A stretch of DNA of 64,000 nucleotides from Azolla caroliniana (taxonomy: Eukaryota > Plantae > Polypodiophyta). Shown piece after piece: positions 1-12,074 of the stretch (position 1 is its first letter; each line of letters starts with the position of its first letter). The notes beneath the pieces are model-generated. The model saw only the letters and a list, made by a program, of their open reading frames with translations. It was not told where the DNA came from and made no database searches. The translations under genes were made by a program, and so were the position numbers. The stretch lies in the NCBI GenBank assembly GCA_043228905.1, contig JBHGNT010000004.1, positions 9,362,001 to 9,426,000 of the forward strand, given 5' to 3'.

Positions 1-262
1 AGCAGCATAATCGAAATGTCGACAACAGTTCCGGACCCTTGACAAGCAGGGCGAGTCTTGGCGGCGCCGAAAGCCGGCAAGATAAGGCCGCGTCGGAATG
101 CTGGTATTGTGGCAAGAAAGGCCACAAGGAGAGCGAGTGCTGGAAAAAGAGAGCCGATTCAGAGAAAGGTGGATCGAGCTGAAGAGACAGAGAGAGGCGT
201 CAGAGATCGCACTACGCAGAAGGCTTTGAACGAGTCGGAAACAAATCGGGCAAGCCTTCGTA

Positions 263-3200
263 ATGAAACATAAGGCCAATTCTATGGCCTTAAACACCTC
301 GAGATCGAGCGAGGTGTGGTATGTTGATTCCGGAGCGTCAAATCATATGATGAGTCACGAGGAATGGTTGTCGTACTTGGAGAAACCAGAATCGCAAGGA
401 GTGGTCGAAACGGGCGACGACACTCCGCATACCATCGAACATGTCGGCGAAGTTCCCCTCAGCCACGTCGGGCAGAAAGAGAAGCTCATGAACGTGTTGC
501 ACGTCCCAACAATAACGAAGAACCTGGTGTCGGTCGGTCAGATCGTCGACCAGGGAATGCAAGTTCGATTCACGCATTTCCGCTACTTCATAGAAGAGCA
601 AGGCAAAGTAATCGCACAAGGGCGCCGTGAAGGGAGGATGTTTATCCTCGAAACCAACAATGTGGGCACTGTTATGTACGCGAAAGGACAAAAGGTCGAA
701 TCGGATATTGACCTGTGGCACAAGAGATTCGGCCACATAAATTTCCCATGGCTTCGTGAGATGCAGACGAAGAACATTGTTTTCGGCTTGCCAAAATTCT
801 GGGGCCGTAATGGCCAAGTCTGCGAAGCTTGTCAGATGGGAAAAGAACACCGACTTCCATTCCCCAATGAGCGTAATCGTAGTCGAAGTTTGCTGGATTT
901 GATCCATTCGGATGTGTGGGGACCGACACAGAACGTGAGTCTCGATGGAAACTGTTACTTTGTAACCTTCATCGACGACTTCACTCAGCACACGTGGGTA
1001 TGCACAATCGCGAAGAACAACGAAGTCTTCACATGTTTCCTAAAGGTGAAGAGCCTTGCGGAAAGGGAAACAGGGCGTAAGATCAAATGCCTACGGTCCG
1101 ATGGCGGGAAGGAGTACTTCTCCGACCAGTTCACAAGTTATCTATAGGAGGAGGGAATTCGACGCGAATTCTCGTGTAGATACACGCCACAACAGAACGA
1201 CTTGGTCGAGTGGAAGAATCGTACAATCGAAGAAGTGGCCAGGGCAATGCTTGAAGAGAAGCATATGCCGAAATTCTATTGGTCTGAACCTGTGAGACGA
1301 CAGTCTACCTGCAGAATCTGACTTTTGCTAATGGAGAAGTGTCGCCACATGAGCTGTATTTCTGGAAGAAGCCGAACTTGGCAAACTTGAGGATTTTCGG
1401 TAGCATTTTATATGAGCATGTGCCGAAGGAAAAGAGGAGGAACCTGGATGCCAAAGCCGAAAAGTGCATCTTAGTCGGCTATCCAGACGAGCAGAAGGGG
1501 TATAAATGTTATAACCCCTAAACAAAGGAAGTACGCGTAAGTCAAGATATCGTGTTCGACGAATCCGCTTCGTGGTACTTGCCTTCATCCCTAACTCCTC
1601 ATAACTCCATTCCGAATTCTGAGGACGAAGTTAGCGAGGCCAAAATGCCCCCGCACGATGAAGAAGTCGGAGCTCTGAGAGAGAGTCCGATCTCATTTCG
1701 GCTAAGTGGACCGAAATGGCCAACCTATTGAAGAGACGGCGAGTAGTGGCGACTCAGGCGTGATGTCCCCACGTAAAGAACCGAGGAGACGGTTTACGCG
1801 CAAGGAGAAGGGCAAGAAGAAAATGTTGGAGTATGATTTCAACAACACCGAGTCAGTTTGGAGCGAATCTGACATCGAGTCGATCGTAAAGAAACCTCCG
1901 CGGAAGAGGTCAAAATCGGCCAAAAAGGTCGTGAAATCGGGTAATCACGAATTACGTCAATCTACCCGCCTGAAGAACCCCGTGAAGAGATACGGGTACA
2001 ATGAATACATGGCGCATCACTATGTGTACATGACGTGAGTGGCGGAAGTCCGTGAGCCGGAGAGCTACGTAGAAGCGGCGAAAGACGCAAATTGGCGTGC
2101 CGCAATGGAGGAGGAGATGCTCGCATAGGTAGAGAATGAAACCTGGGACCTGGTTGACGCACCGAAGGGTGTGAAGCTGATCGGATGTAGGTGGGTGTAC
2201 AAGGTCAAGTACAACACTAACGGCTCGGTCAACCGATACAAGTCCCAGTTAGTAGCGAAAGGCTACGCGCAACAACACGGCATCGACTACGATTAGACGT
2301 TTGCGCCGGTCGCAAAGATGACAACCGTCTGTGTTTTACTTACAGTAGTTGTAGAGAAAGAGTGGCACTTACATCAGATGGATGTCAAGAATGGGTTCTT
2401 GCAAGGGGAGCTTGAGGAACAGGTGTACACGGTACAACCCCCGGATTTCACTCTAGACTGAACACTTCGACGGTCTGTCGGTTGAAGATGTCCCTTTACG
2501 GACTAAAGCAAGCCCCGCGTGCTTGGAACGCAAAAATCACACAACGATTGTGTCGGATGGGATTTGCGACGTCTAGATCGGACTCTTCACTATTCATTTG
2601 GAAAGGTCGACTCGGGCCGATTAGTATTTTACTTTATATTGCTGACCTGGTCATCACGGGCGCCTTCCTAGGTGAAATCAACCGCGTAAAGCTCCAGCTC
2701 GCGGCATCATTTGACATGAAGGACCTAGGGAACTTTCACTACTTCCTCGGGATCGAAGTGATCCGTACCCCCGAAGGCATATTGATCATTAGCCAACGTC
2801 ATTATGCATTGAATATGCTCTTCAAGTTTGGGATGGCAAATTGTAAGCCCATCTCGGCCCCTCTGGACAAAAACGTAAAGCTTCGCCGAGATTCACGAAA
2901 GCCGTGCGACCCTACACGGTTTCGACAAATTGTCAGAAGCCTTATCTACTTGACGATTACTCGACCGGATCTCAGCTACCTGGTCATCTTAATCAGTCAA
3001 TTTATGTCGCAGACCACGGCCAAACACTTTCAGTGAGTGCAAAGGATATTGTGATATGTCAGCGGCACGAAATACATGGCGTTGTTGTATCAGGCAGGCG
3101 TAACTGAACAGTTGGTTGGCCACACGGATGCCGATTGGGCCGGAAACGCCAGTGATCGTAGATCCACATCCGGATATGCCTTCTCATTAGGAAGTGTGGC

Positions 3201-3560
3201 GATCGCATGGAGCAGCAAAAAGCAGCCGATAGTGGCACTGTCGAGCACAGAGGTCGAATATCGAGGGGCGATTGTTGCTACGTGCGAAGTCATCTAGTTG
3301 AAACGGCTATTACGGGATCTGCATGTAGAGGTGTCTGATCCGACGACGATCTATTACGACAACCTCAACAGTATCCACCTTGCGAAAAACCCCGTGTTCC
3401 ACGCCCGGACCAAGCACATTGAGGTGCATTACCATTTTGTCCACGAGCGGGTCCTTTCAGGTGAAGTCTAACTAGCATATGTTCCGACGGATCGGCAGGT
3501 TGGTCTAGACAAGTTTCGACATTTCTCAGGTGAGCTAGGGTTGTGTCACCTCGACACGCC
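263..3560 (+). pseudogene. Copia pol (PR-INT-RT-RH), disrupted
   Basis: ORF fragments 263-1147, 1339-1521, 1706-2038, 2482-3036 and 3076-3297 carry consecutive pol motifs. Confidence 0.92.
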
Positions 3561-4097
3561 AAACTTGAGGGGGCGAAAAGAAGAATAGGAACAAGAGCAT
3601 GAAAGGATCAGAGGTATTCATTGCGGCGAATGTGACCGTGACGCTGAATTGGATGGAGAATTCGATTTTGAACCAGCTGAAGAAGCCGAAGGAAGAATCA
3701 AGGGCCATAATCGTAGGAAAGAGTCGCAGACAGCCGAATTTGGGGGAGATAAGACCAAGACGAAGAGGTGGTCGAAAGTTGTCAAAGGCCTGAAGACTGA
3801 AGACGAATTGGAGACAACCAATTCGGATGAGAGGGGAATTGAATCGGAACTGTTCGATTCAATCAAAATGTTCGATTTGGATACGCCAAATCAACGGAAG
3901 GCCAAACGGAGAAAAGGGCAGTGAAGGAACTGCCAACACCGTGATAGCAAGGGAGCTGAGAAGGGCCGAACAAGCAGAAAACCCGACCGGAAGGGTCGAG
4001 GCGCGCGGATTCAAACAAGTCGAGGAGTGAAGAAAGAAGGAACTGGAGCATAGATCCGGAAGGGCAGACGGAACCTCAAGTTGAGCTGTAGGGGGAG

Positions 4098-4517
4098 TGT
4101 TGAGTGACAAGCTCAACATTCGGCGTGTAATACGGTGCGTAACCCAGTGCGTAGACTGGTTGCGTGAAATAGTACGCATAACGTAGCTGTAGCGGTGTGT
4201 AAACCGTGAGGCTGTTAGTATGGTATTGCTCGTAAGAAATAATTTTGGGAATTATTGTAGTAGGCTCATTTATGAGCAGTCAAGTACTGTCAGTACTTGT
4301 GTCAGCCCAATTGTCAAGGCTTGTATAAAAGGTGCTCACTGAGCACGATGTATATACAAAGCATCATTATTTTTGAAATAGAACTAAGTTGTCTACTCTC
4401 TATCTGTCTCTCCATCTCCATCTCCATCTTTGTGTTTCCTGAGTTTACCGAACTGACTTATTTTCGAACTGTGTACTATGTATTTACGCACACCCTTCCG
4501 CACACATATTCTTTACA
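4098..4517 (+). repeat. Copia 3' LTR
   Basis: Starts TGTTGAG right after the PPT and ends TTTACA. Similar to LTRs at 27213-27625 and 40468-40895. Right boundary inferred by analogy. Confidence 0.8.
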
Positions 4518-4864
4518 ATCATCATTATTGGTCTTACCATTATGACGAGGACAAGGTGGTGGTTGAACAATGGGAGCAAGAACCTGAGAAACTGCAGGTT
4601 TAATGGTAGTACTGATGAGGCTCATTGCATCTTCTACTTTCATGAAACTTCTTTTTTTCTATTCATGGAAAGCTGAAGCTTGAGAGAAGTCTTCTCTATT
4701 TAGCACCGAAGAAGGAGTAGAGCTATTGTTTTCTGCACACAACACAAGACTTTCTTCACTAAGAAGGTAGACGAGGAAGAAGGGCAACACCAACGAAGAG
4801 TAGAGTTCCAATGGTTCCTGATAGCATTGTCTATGCGACCACGGAGTAATCGAGCTATGGCAGC

Positions 4865-5000
4865 CCACATGAGCTTTTATGGCCTGATCTGATCGACCAG
4901 GTATTCCTTAACTTATTAGAGACCAGTTTCGATCTCCATACTTCTCAACTAGTCGATGGAGAGCCGCGTGTTCGTTGGGGCTCCATGGACCTTTCCCTCG
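4865..5000 (-). pseudogene. MYB DNA-binding repeat remnant (MYB44/73-like)
   Basis: Translates [41 protein letters not shown]: a MYB repeat with an in-frame stop. Confidence 0.75.
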
Positions 5001-5555
5001 ATCATTCGGGTTGTGGATGGTCGACGCAGACAGAGATGCCTGAGAGACCGATGCAGATGTATTGGTCAAGCTTGAGAGTGCCCTGGAAGCTAATACCAAG
5101 GGAAGATGACAATCGAGAAGTTGTGATCAGATATCAGGAGAAGCTTGTGATCACGGAGAAGTCGAGCGGAGGTTGCTTCTCCTACTTCTGTTTCCATTTC
5201 GGTTGGTGCTCCTCATGATTGAAGCCTTCCATTGATGGATTGATGGATGGATAGATTCGTTCTCTGGCAGAGCAAGAGAAAAGGGAAACAGAGACAGAGA
5301 AAAAGAGGATCATGGCATCAACATGATAAGAGGATTTGAAAGAAGGAGGATGCCATGTCTCATCTTCATCCTCAGAATAGTGCAAGACTCTAAGAAAGGC
5401 TCTACCTCTTCATCTTCTTCCATTTCCCTTCCTCTCCTTCTTCCAGGTTGTTGCTACGTTTCTTCTTCACTACTTCTTCCGAGGGTCTAGGGTTTACATC
5501 CCAAAAATGAAACGATGAGTTAGGGGAGAGAGACACACACACAACACAGAGATAA

Positions 5556-5560
<5 letters not shown>

Positions 5561-5601
<41 letters not shown>
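5561..5601. repeat. (GA)n microsatellite
   Basis: About 20 GA units. Confidence 0.95.
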
Positions 5602-5605
<4 letters not shown>

Positions 5606-6199
5606 GTGTTGAAGAGGGACAGTAAGAGAATTCTTTCTCAAGGAAGGGTCGGCCGTTGAGGCATGCCAAAAGTGTTGTTGGGGTGGGGGGTGAAGCCATT
5701 CTCCCAAGGGGTTAAGTTAGAGAGAGAGCGAGAGAGAAAGACAAATAGAAAATGACACCAAATGAGAGGGGAAAAAGTTATTCATTACATACCCTAGAGG
5801 GGGTTTATATAATACATCCAATGTAACGGTTACATGACAGTTATAAATAAGAGTGTTGGGTGAAAGAATGAGAGTGGAAACAATTAGCTCTGTCCTTGAC
5901 ATAGCTAATTAGCTATGCAAAAAGCTACCATTGATAAATAGTCATTTTAGCAAAAAGCCATCATTAATAAATTAACTATGCAAAAAACTACCATTGAAAA
6001 TACTAGAGTGTTTTAATTACATATGTAAATGAGCACCATAAATGTGCAACACAAATTGATATGTGCACCATAAATGTGTACCATAAATTATATATCGAAT
6101 TCCTAGGTCCATTATGCATGATCCTTTGCCACATCACGTAGGCCATCTCTAGTTGAGTATTGTGGGTTAGTTGCTACCACTGTTGCTAAACCCTATCGA

Positions 6200-6560
6200 G
6201 TCCACCTGCCGCCACTCTACACTCAGTGGGCCGTTACTGTGAAGGTCGTGTATTGCTGCCACTTTTCGACCCGACGGCGTTAACAACTCCACTACCGCCA
6301 TTCTACTCTCAGTTGCCTTCTCTGTGCGTTCCAAGCATCATCGGTAACTGTTCAATCTGACGGGGTTCTCTCCTCCATCACCATCATTCTACACTCAGTT
6401 GCCGCAACTGTCCAGTCCTGGATTGCTTCCACATTTTGATTTGACGGAGTTCACTCATCCAACGGCAACATTCTACACTCAGTTGTCACCATTGGTCGGT
6501 CCTAGATCGCCTCCTCAACTATTCGATCCAACGGAGTGAACTCCTCAACTGTTCGGTCTT
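6200..6560. repeat. Degenerate ~85-bp tandem repeat (about 4 units)
   Basis: CCA(C/T)TCTAC(A/T)CTCAGT recurs near 6211, 6298, 6384 and 6469. Confidence 0.65.
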
Positions 6561-6838
6561 GGATTGCAATAACTTTTCTGTCTATTGATTATCTTGTGTA
6601 TTGTTGTGTCTAATCTTGTGTATTGTGGAATATTTTTGTGTATTGTTGTTGCCCATAGCCATCTTAAATACTTGTTTTTTTTCCTGGTAATTTAGGGTTT
6701 GAATATGTCCAGCCAAATGGAAGGGGAAGAAGGGTGTTTAGAATTACCCCTCAATGATCATAAGGATAGGGATGATGCTATTAGGCACAACAAGCCATAT
6801 GAAACTATTGGGCAGAAATAAAAAGGAAACATCGTCAA

Positions 6839-7453
6839 TTGTTGAAGGATACAAAAGCCACACTCAGTAAAGGTAAGGATAGTTTAGCTGAGAATGTAAG
6901 TAATGCGATTACCATCATAGAGAGAAAGGTTGTAGACTATTTCAATGTTCAAACCAAGCACATCAACAATGAAGAAAAGAAGGTAGTACTTTATGGAATA
7001 TTAAATGATCCATCGATAAAGGACTTAGTTGATTGTGATGGTCTTAATGCAAACATATCATCTATTTTAGTAAATAATCTTCGTAATAGTTTCGTATCCA
7101 TGAGCAAGTCAGAAGATGATCTTGTCTTAAAAAGTTCTAGTCTAATGATGTTACTTAATAATGATGTTGACGATATAAACATCAATGAGCTATCTAAGGT
7201 AATTGGTGTTAGTAGAAAAATAGTGTACAATACATTGAACCGTATAATTTCCTCGGGTGAAGGAACTAGTCTACTAAAGCTAACTATAAGATGTAAGCCA
7301 ATGACACCCATAACATCAGAAATCAAGGATGTAATCACAATGTTTTGGACTAATGAGAGTAGGGTTTCACCCAATAAAAAGGATTTATGCAGGAAACGTG
7401 TTGGAAGAAATCAATACGAGGAGCATCCCATTCATCTTCTTGATGTACCTCAG
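6839..7453 (+). pseudogene. Probable DNA-transposase N-terminal exon remnant
   Basis: HTH-like INELSKVIGVSRKIVY followed by FWTNESRVSPNKKD..RKR..HPIHLL, ending at a CAG|GTATTT donor. Resembles N-terminal regions of eukaryotic DNA transposases; no catalytic core seen. Confidence 0.45.
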
Positions 7454-7496
7454 GTATTTACATTTATCTCAACATTTGTTTTGACTGTACACGGAA

Positions 7497-8285
7497 AGTT
7501 AATTAGCTCAGTTAGCAGAAAAGCTAATTAGCTTATCAGTTACATTTACCTCAGTTAGCTACTAGGATAGCTACTACATAGGTAACTGGCTACTCTCAAT
7601 AGATACTACCATGATAGCTAATTAGCAGACTCAATAGCTAATTTAGTTACTACCAGATAATTAGCTACCAAAATAGCTAACTAGCTACCATGATAGCTAA
7701 TTAACTATTCTCAATAGCTAATTTAGTTATTACCAGATAATTAGCTACCAGAATAGCTAATTAGCTTTTAGGATAGCTAATTAGCTATTAGAATAGGGTT
7801 TTAGCTACCATGATAGCTAAATAGCTACTCGAATAGCTAATTAGAATAGCTAATTAACTAATTAGCTATTAGAATAGGTAATTAGCTACCATGATAGCTA
7901 ATTGGCTACTATGATAGTTAGCTACTCTAGTTATTACCAGCTAATTAGCTACTAGGAAAGCTAATTAGCTACCATGATAGCTAATTAGGTACTAGGACAA
8001 CTAATTACCTACTAGGATAGCTAATTTCGTTATTACCAGCTAATTAGCTACTAGGAAAGCTAATTAGCTACTAGGAAAGCTAATTAGCTACCACGATAGC
8101 TAATTAGCCACCATGATAGCTACTAGGACAGCTAATTAGCCACCACGATAGCTAATTAGCTACTAGACCAGCTAATTAGCTACCATGATAGCTAATTAGC
8201 TACTAGGACAGCTAATTAGTTACCATGATAGCTAATTAGTTACTAGGACAACTAATTAGCTACTAGAACAGCTAATTAGCTACCT
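7497..8285. repeat. Satellite of the 14-bp palindrome TAGCTAATTAGCTA
   Basis: Dozens of copies at roughly 21-22 bp spacing. Confidence 0.9.
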
Positions 8286-8552
8286 TGTTCGTCCAACACT
8301 GTTTTAAGTTACATTGGCAGTGGTTATTAGCTCAACGTTTGGAGCTTACTCAACATTGGGTCTGGTCTGACGGAGCTGCGTCATAATTCAAGGCTCGACA
8401 TCCATTTTATTTTGTGTGGAGGTATCCTACTATAACAGGTTTGGAGATGAGATGAGATGTGGGGAGGATAGCTAATTAACTACTTTACACAACTATGGCA
8501 GTAGCTCATTAGCTAGTAGGATAGCTAATTAGCTAGTAGCTAATGAGTTGCC

Positions 8553-8727
8553 AATGCCATGAAATAGTGGAAACAGCATGTAAAACTGAGGTTCACAACA
8601 ATAGTGTTTTTGAACACTTGATGTAGCATACTGCCATAATGTTGCATCAAGTGCTGCATCAAGTGTTCAAAAACACTGTTGTTGTGAACCTCAGTTTTAC
8701 ATGTTGTTTCCACTATTTCATAGCATT
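8553..8727. repeat. Hairpin with ~75-bp arms (MITE-like)
   Basis: 8553-8628 is the reverse complement of 8652-8727 with about 4 mismatches. Confidence 0.85.
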
Positions 8728-8909
8728 TCAAATCGTTGCCTAATTCAGTACAGTATTCCAAAAGAATAGGGTGGAGCTGATCTGAAGGAGATGTGATAGC
8801 AGAACTCTTACTTTCAGCCACGTTGGCAGCTATCTCCTCATCTGTTGCAGCGTCATCAACACCAGACACATCATGTGCCGTCCTTAATCCACAAAATTCT
8901 ACAATAACA

Positions 8910-9965
8910 AGGCAGCTATTTAGGATAGCTAATTAGCTACTTTACTAAACTATGGTAGTAGCTACGATAGCTAATTAGCTAGTACGATAGCTAATTAAGA
9001 TAGCTAATTAGCTAGTACAATAGCTAATTAGCTACTTTCCTCAACTATGGTAGTAGGTAGGATAGCTAATTAGCTACTTTACTCAACTATGGTAGTAGCT
9101 AGGATAGCTAATTAGCTACTTTACTAACTATGGTAGTAGCTAGGATAGCTAATTAGCTACTTTACTCAACTATGGTAGTAACTAGCATAGCTAATTAGCT
9201 ACTTTACTAACTATGGTAGTAGCTAGGATAGCTAATTAGCTACTATGGTAGCTAATTAACTACTTTACTGAACTATGGTAGTAGCTAGGATAGCTAATTA
9301 GCTACTTTACTCAACTATGGTAGTAGCTAGGATAGCTAATTAGCTACTGGGATAGCTAATTAGCTACTTTTCTCAACTATGGTAATATCTAGGATAGCTA
9401 ATTAGCTACTAGGATAGCTAATTAGCTACTTTCTCAACTATGTAGTAGCTAGGATAGCTAATTAGCTACTAGGATAGCTAATTAGCTACTTTACACAACT
9501 ATGGTACTAGCTAATTAGTTATGAGTAGCTAATTAGCTAGTAGCTAACTAGCTGCCAGTAGCTAATTAGCTGCCATTAGGATAGCTAATTAGCTAGTAGC
9601 TAATTAGCTGCCAGTAGGATAGCTAATTAGCTAGTAGCTAACTAGCTGCCACTTAGCTAATTAACTACTGTAGTAAACTATGGCAGTAGCTAATTAGCTA
9701 CTAGGATAGCTATTAGTTGCTTTAATCAACTATGGTAGTAGCTAATTAGCTGCCAGTAGGATAGCTAATTAGCTAGTAGCTATTTAGCTGCCACTTAGCT
9801 AATTAACTATTGTAGTAAACTATGGCAGTAGCTAATTAGCTACTAGGATAGCTATTAGCTGCTTTAATCAACTATGGTAGTAGCTAATTAGCTACAACGA
9901 TAACAACAAAATAGTTTCCATACTTTTTACGGCTTAGCTAATTAGAAGGGACTAAGCTTACTAGC
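8910..9965. repeat. Second TAGCTAATTAGCTA satellite with ACTTTACTCAACTATGGTAG linkers
   Basis: ~41-bp higher-order units built on the same palindrome. Confidence 0.9.
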
Positions 9966-11309
9966 TACAATATGGTATACCTATTAGTTTTCTCCACTCA
10001 TTTGGTAGAGTTGTACTGCAATCTACCAAATAGAATGCAGCAATTCGATAGGCATATTGAAAACAAAGGAGATGGTATGTGTGGTTGCATGGTTGTAGGT
10101 GAACCAACAAAGACGTAGTTTTGTCCTCCATACCTAACCCGCAAGCGATGCAACGTGCTTGAACTGTCAATAAATCATTTTCTAGTTCTCCTTCATTTGG
10201 TAAGGGAGCAAGAATGTTCAGGTCCAAATCCTGTCTGCTCCTTACCATTCCCTCCACAAAATGTAGCTGCTTCTTAAAGCAGATAACTACCTGTTCTTGA
10301 TGAATGTATTGTTCCTTCAACGCAACAGAGAAATTTACCGATTAATTATTCCTGTCTGAGAAAGATACACCAACTTTGCTCAGGAATCGTTAACTTACTT
10401 GAAGCTTTTCCAAATTGTAATCTGCAACAGTATTTACACCTAGAAGGTCCAGGTTCATTGAAAGAACCTGGATATCTATTTGCAGTTGTATTTTACGCTG
10501 GGGATCTAGTGGCCCCTCTAATTCAAGCTCCTGTTGCGCAACCTATTCCAGATAATGCTTGATTAGCACATTTTACCCTTAAAGTTATTTATAACACAAT
10601 CACATACCAACAAAAGAATAGTTACCTGAATCTTATTTCTAATCGTTGTAACAGCGAAAGTAACTTTGCTCTCCATTGCAGAAGCCATTGTGGCTTTCTC
10701 TAAATTAGTCTTAAAGAATGCCAATGTCTGACAGGCTTCATGGACATTTTTTAGCATATAGCTAACCAATGTCTCACCTGTATCATCGACATTGGCTTTC
10801 CTTGGGTGTCGGTGTCGTGTTCCCCCCCGGTTTTGCCGGGAGTCGGCAGTTGCATCAACAGCTACCATGCTCCAAAATCTGTCTATTTTTTGTGCCAAGG
10901 TCCCCATCTTTTGGCATCTTTCTATCGATGCCTCACCATAGACTGCCCAAGCTACCCTATACATTTCAGGGTCTCTAGATTCCTTCGTTGTTTTGCAGTA
11001 CTCATATGCAAATGCTCTAGCAAATGAAACTGACAACTCATTGTTGACTGGGATCTCCTGATGAACTTTCTGGTGCAGCCTCATGCAGTCATCGTACAAG
11101 TCGGCTCATACATGCTTCAGCTTGACCTTGCCTTTGACTCTAGGCACTGTTTATATACTGTCATCTAGTCTACATCACTTATCAATTTATCACTTAGTAC
11201 AGCAAGGTCAACACCCTTGAGTGACAGACCATAGGTGTTGTGGAAGTCCTCCTTTGTCTCGCAAAATTTTGCGAAGTTTAGCACTCTCAGATACGGAGGA
11301 ACGAGCCAT
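9961..11309 (-). pseudogene. Multi-exon gene remnant with RING-like C-terminal segment, probably transposon-associated
   Basis: ATG at 11309 (MARSSVSESAKLRKIL...), short GT-AG introns, ORFs 10563-11099 and 9961-10320 (CIACG...PCNHTYHLLC...C), internal stops. Confidence 0.5.
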
Positions 11310-11319
11310 CTGAAATATC

Positions 11320-12065
11320 AAATCAGAAATCAGAAATAGTGCAAAATCAGAATATGTCAGAATCAGAAATCGCAATCAACAACAACAGAAATAGTGCAAA
11401 ATCATTAACTTAGCAAATCAGAAACCCCTTTCAGAAATTGCAATCAGATATTTCTAAACAGAAACCCTAATCATAATTTGTATTTAGAAATTTGAAATCA
11501 GAAACCCTAATCAAAATCTGTAATCAGAAGTTTGTAACCAGAAACCCTATTCAGAAATTCTAATCAGAAATTTATAATCAAAAACCCTAATCAGAAATTT
11601 TAATCAGAAACCATAATCAGAAAATTGTAACCAGAAACAAAAACCCTAATCATAATTTGTATTCAGAAATTTGAAATCAAAAACCCTAATCAAAATCTAT
11701 AATCAGAAGTTTGAAATCAAAAACCCTAATCAAAATCTGTAATCAGAAGTTTGTAACCAGAAACCCTATTCAAAAATTCTAATCAGAAATTTATAATAAA
11801 AAACCCTAATCAGACATTTCAATCAGAAACACTAATAAAAAATTTCAATCACAAACCCTAATCAGAAATTCTAATCACAAATTTATAAAGAAAAACCCTA
11901 TTCATAAATTCTAATATGTAATCAAAATCTGTAACCAGAACCCTATTCAGAAATTCTAATCAGAAATTTATAATAAAAAACCCTAATCAGAAATTTCAAT
12001 CACAAACCCTAATCAGAAATTTATAAACAGAAACCCTAATCAGAAATTTTAATCAGAAACCCCAA
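11320..12065. repeat. ~29-bp tandem repeat containing the telomere-like AAACCCTA motif
   Basis: Repeated CAGAAACCCTAATCAGAAATTT units. Confidence 0.85.
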
Positions 12066-12074
12066 TCTATTTGT

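Larger units (their letters stand above)
1..4517 (+). mobile_element. Ty1/Copia LTR retrotransposon, degenerate, 5' end outside window
   Basis: Zinc knuckle (CWYCGKKGHKESEC), protease WYVDSGASNHM, GAG-pre-integrase LWHKRFGH, integrase HSDVWGP/LRSDGGKEY, RT LYGLKQAPRAW, RNase H DADWAG..DRRSTSGY in Copia order with stops and frameshifts. PPT AGGGGGAG precedes the 3' LTR at 4098. Confidence 0.95.

Noticed and set aside
11320-12065. True or interstitial telomere tract
   Set aside because: AAACCCT units are separated by ~20 bp of other sequence rather than being contiguous.
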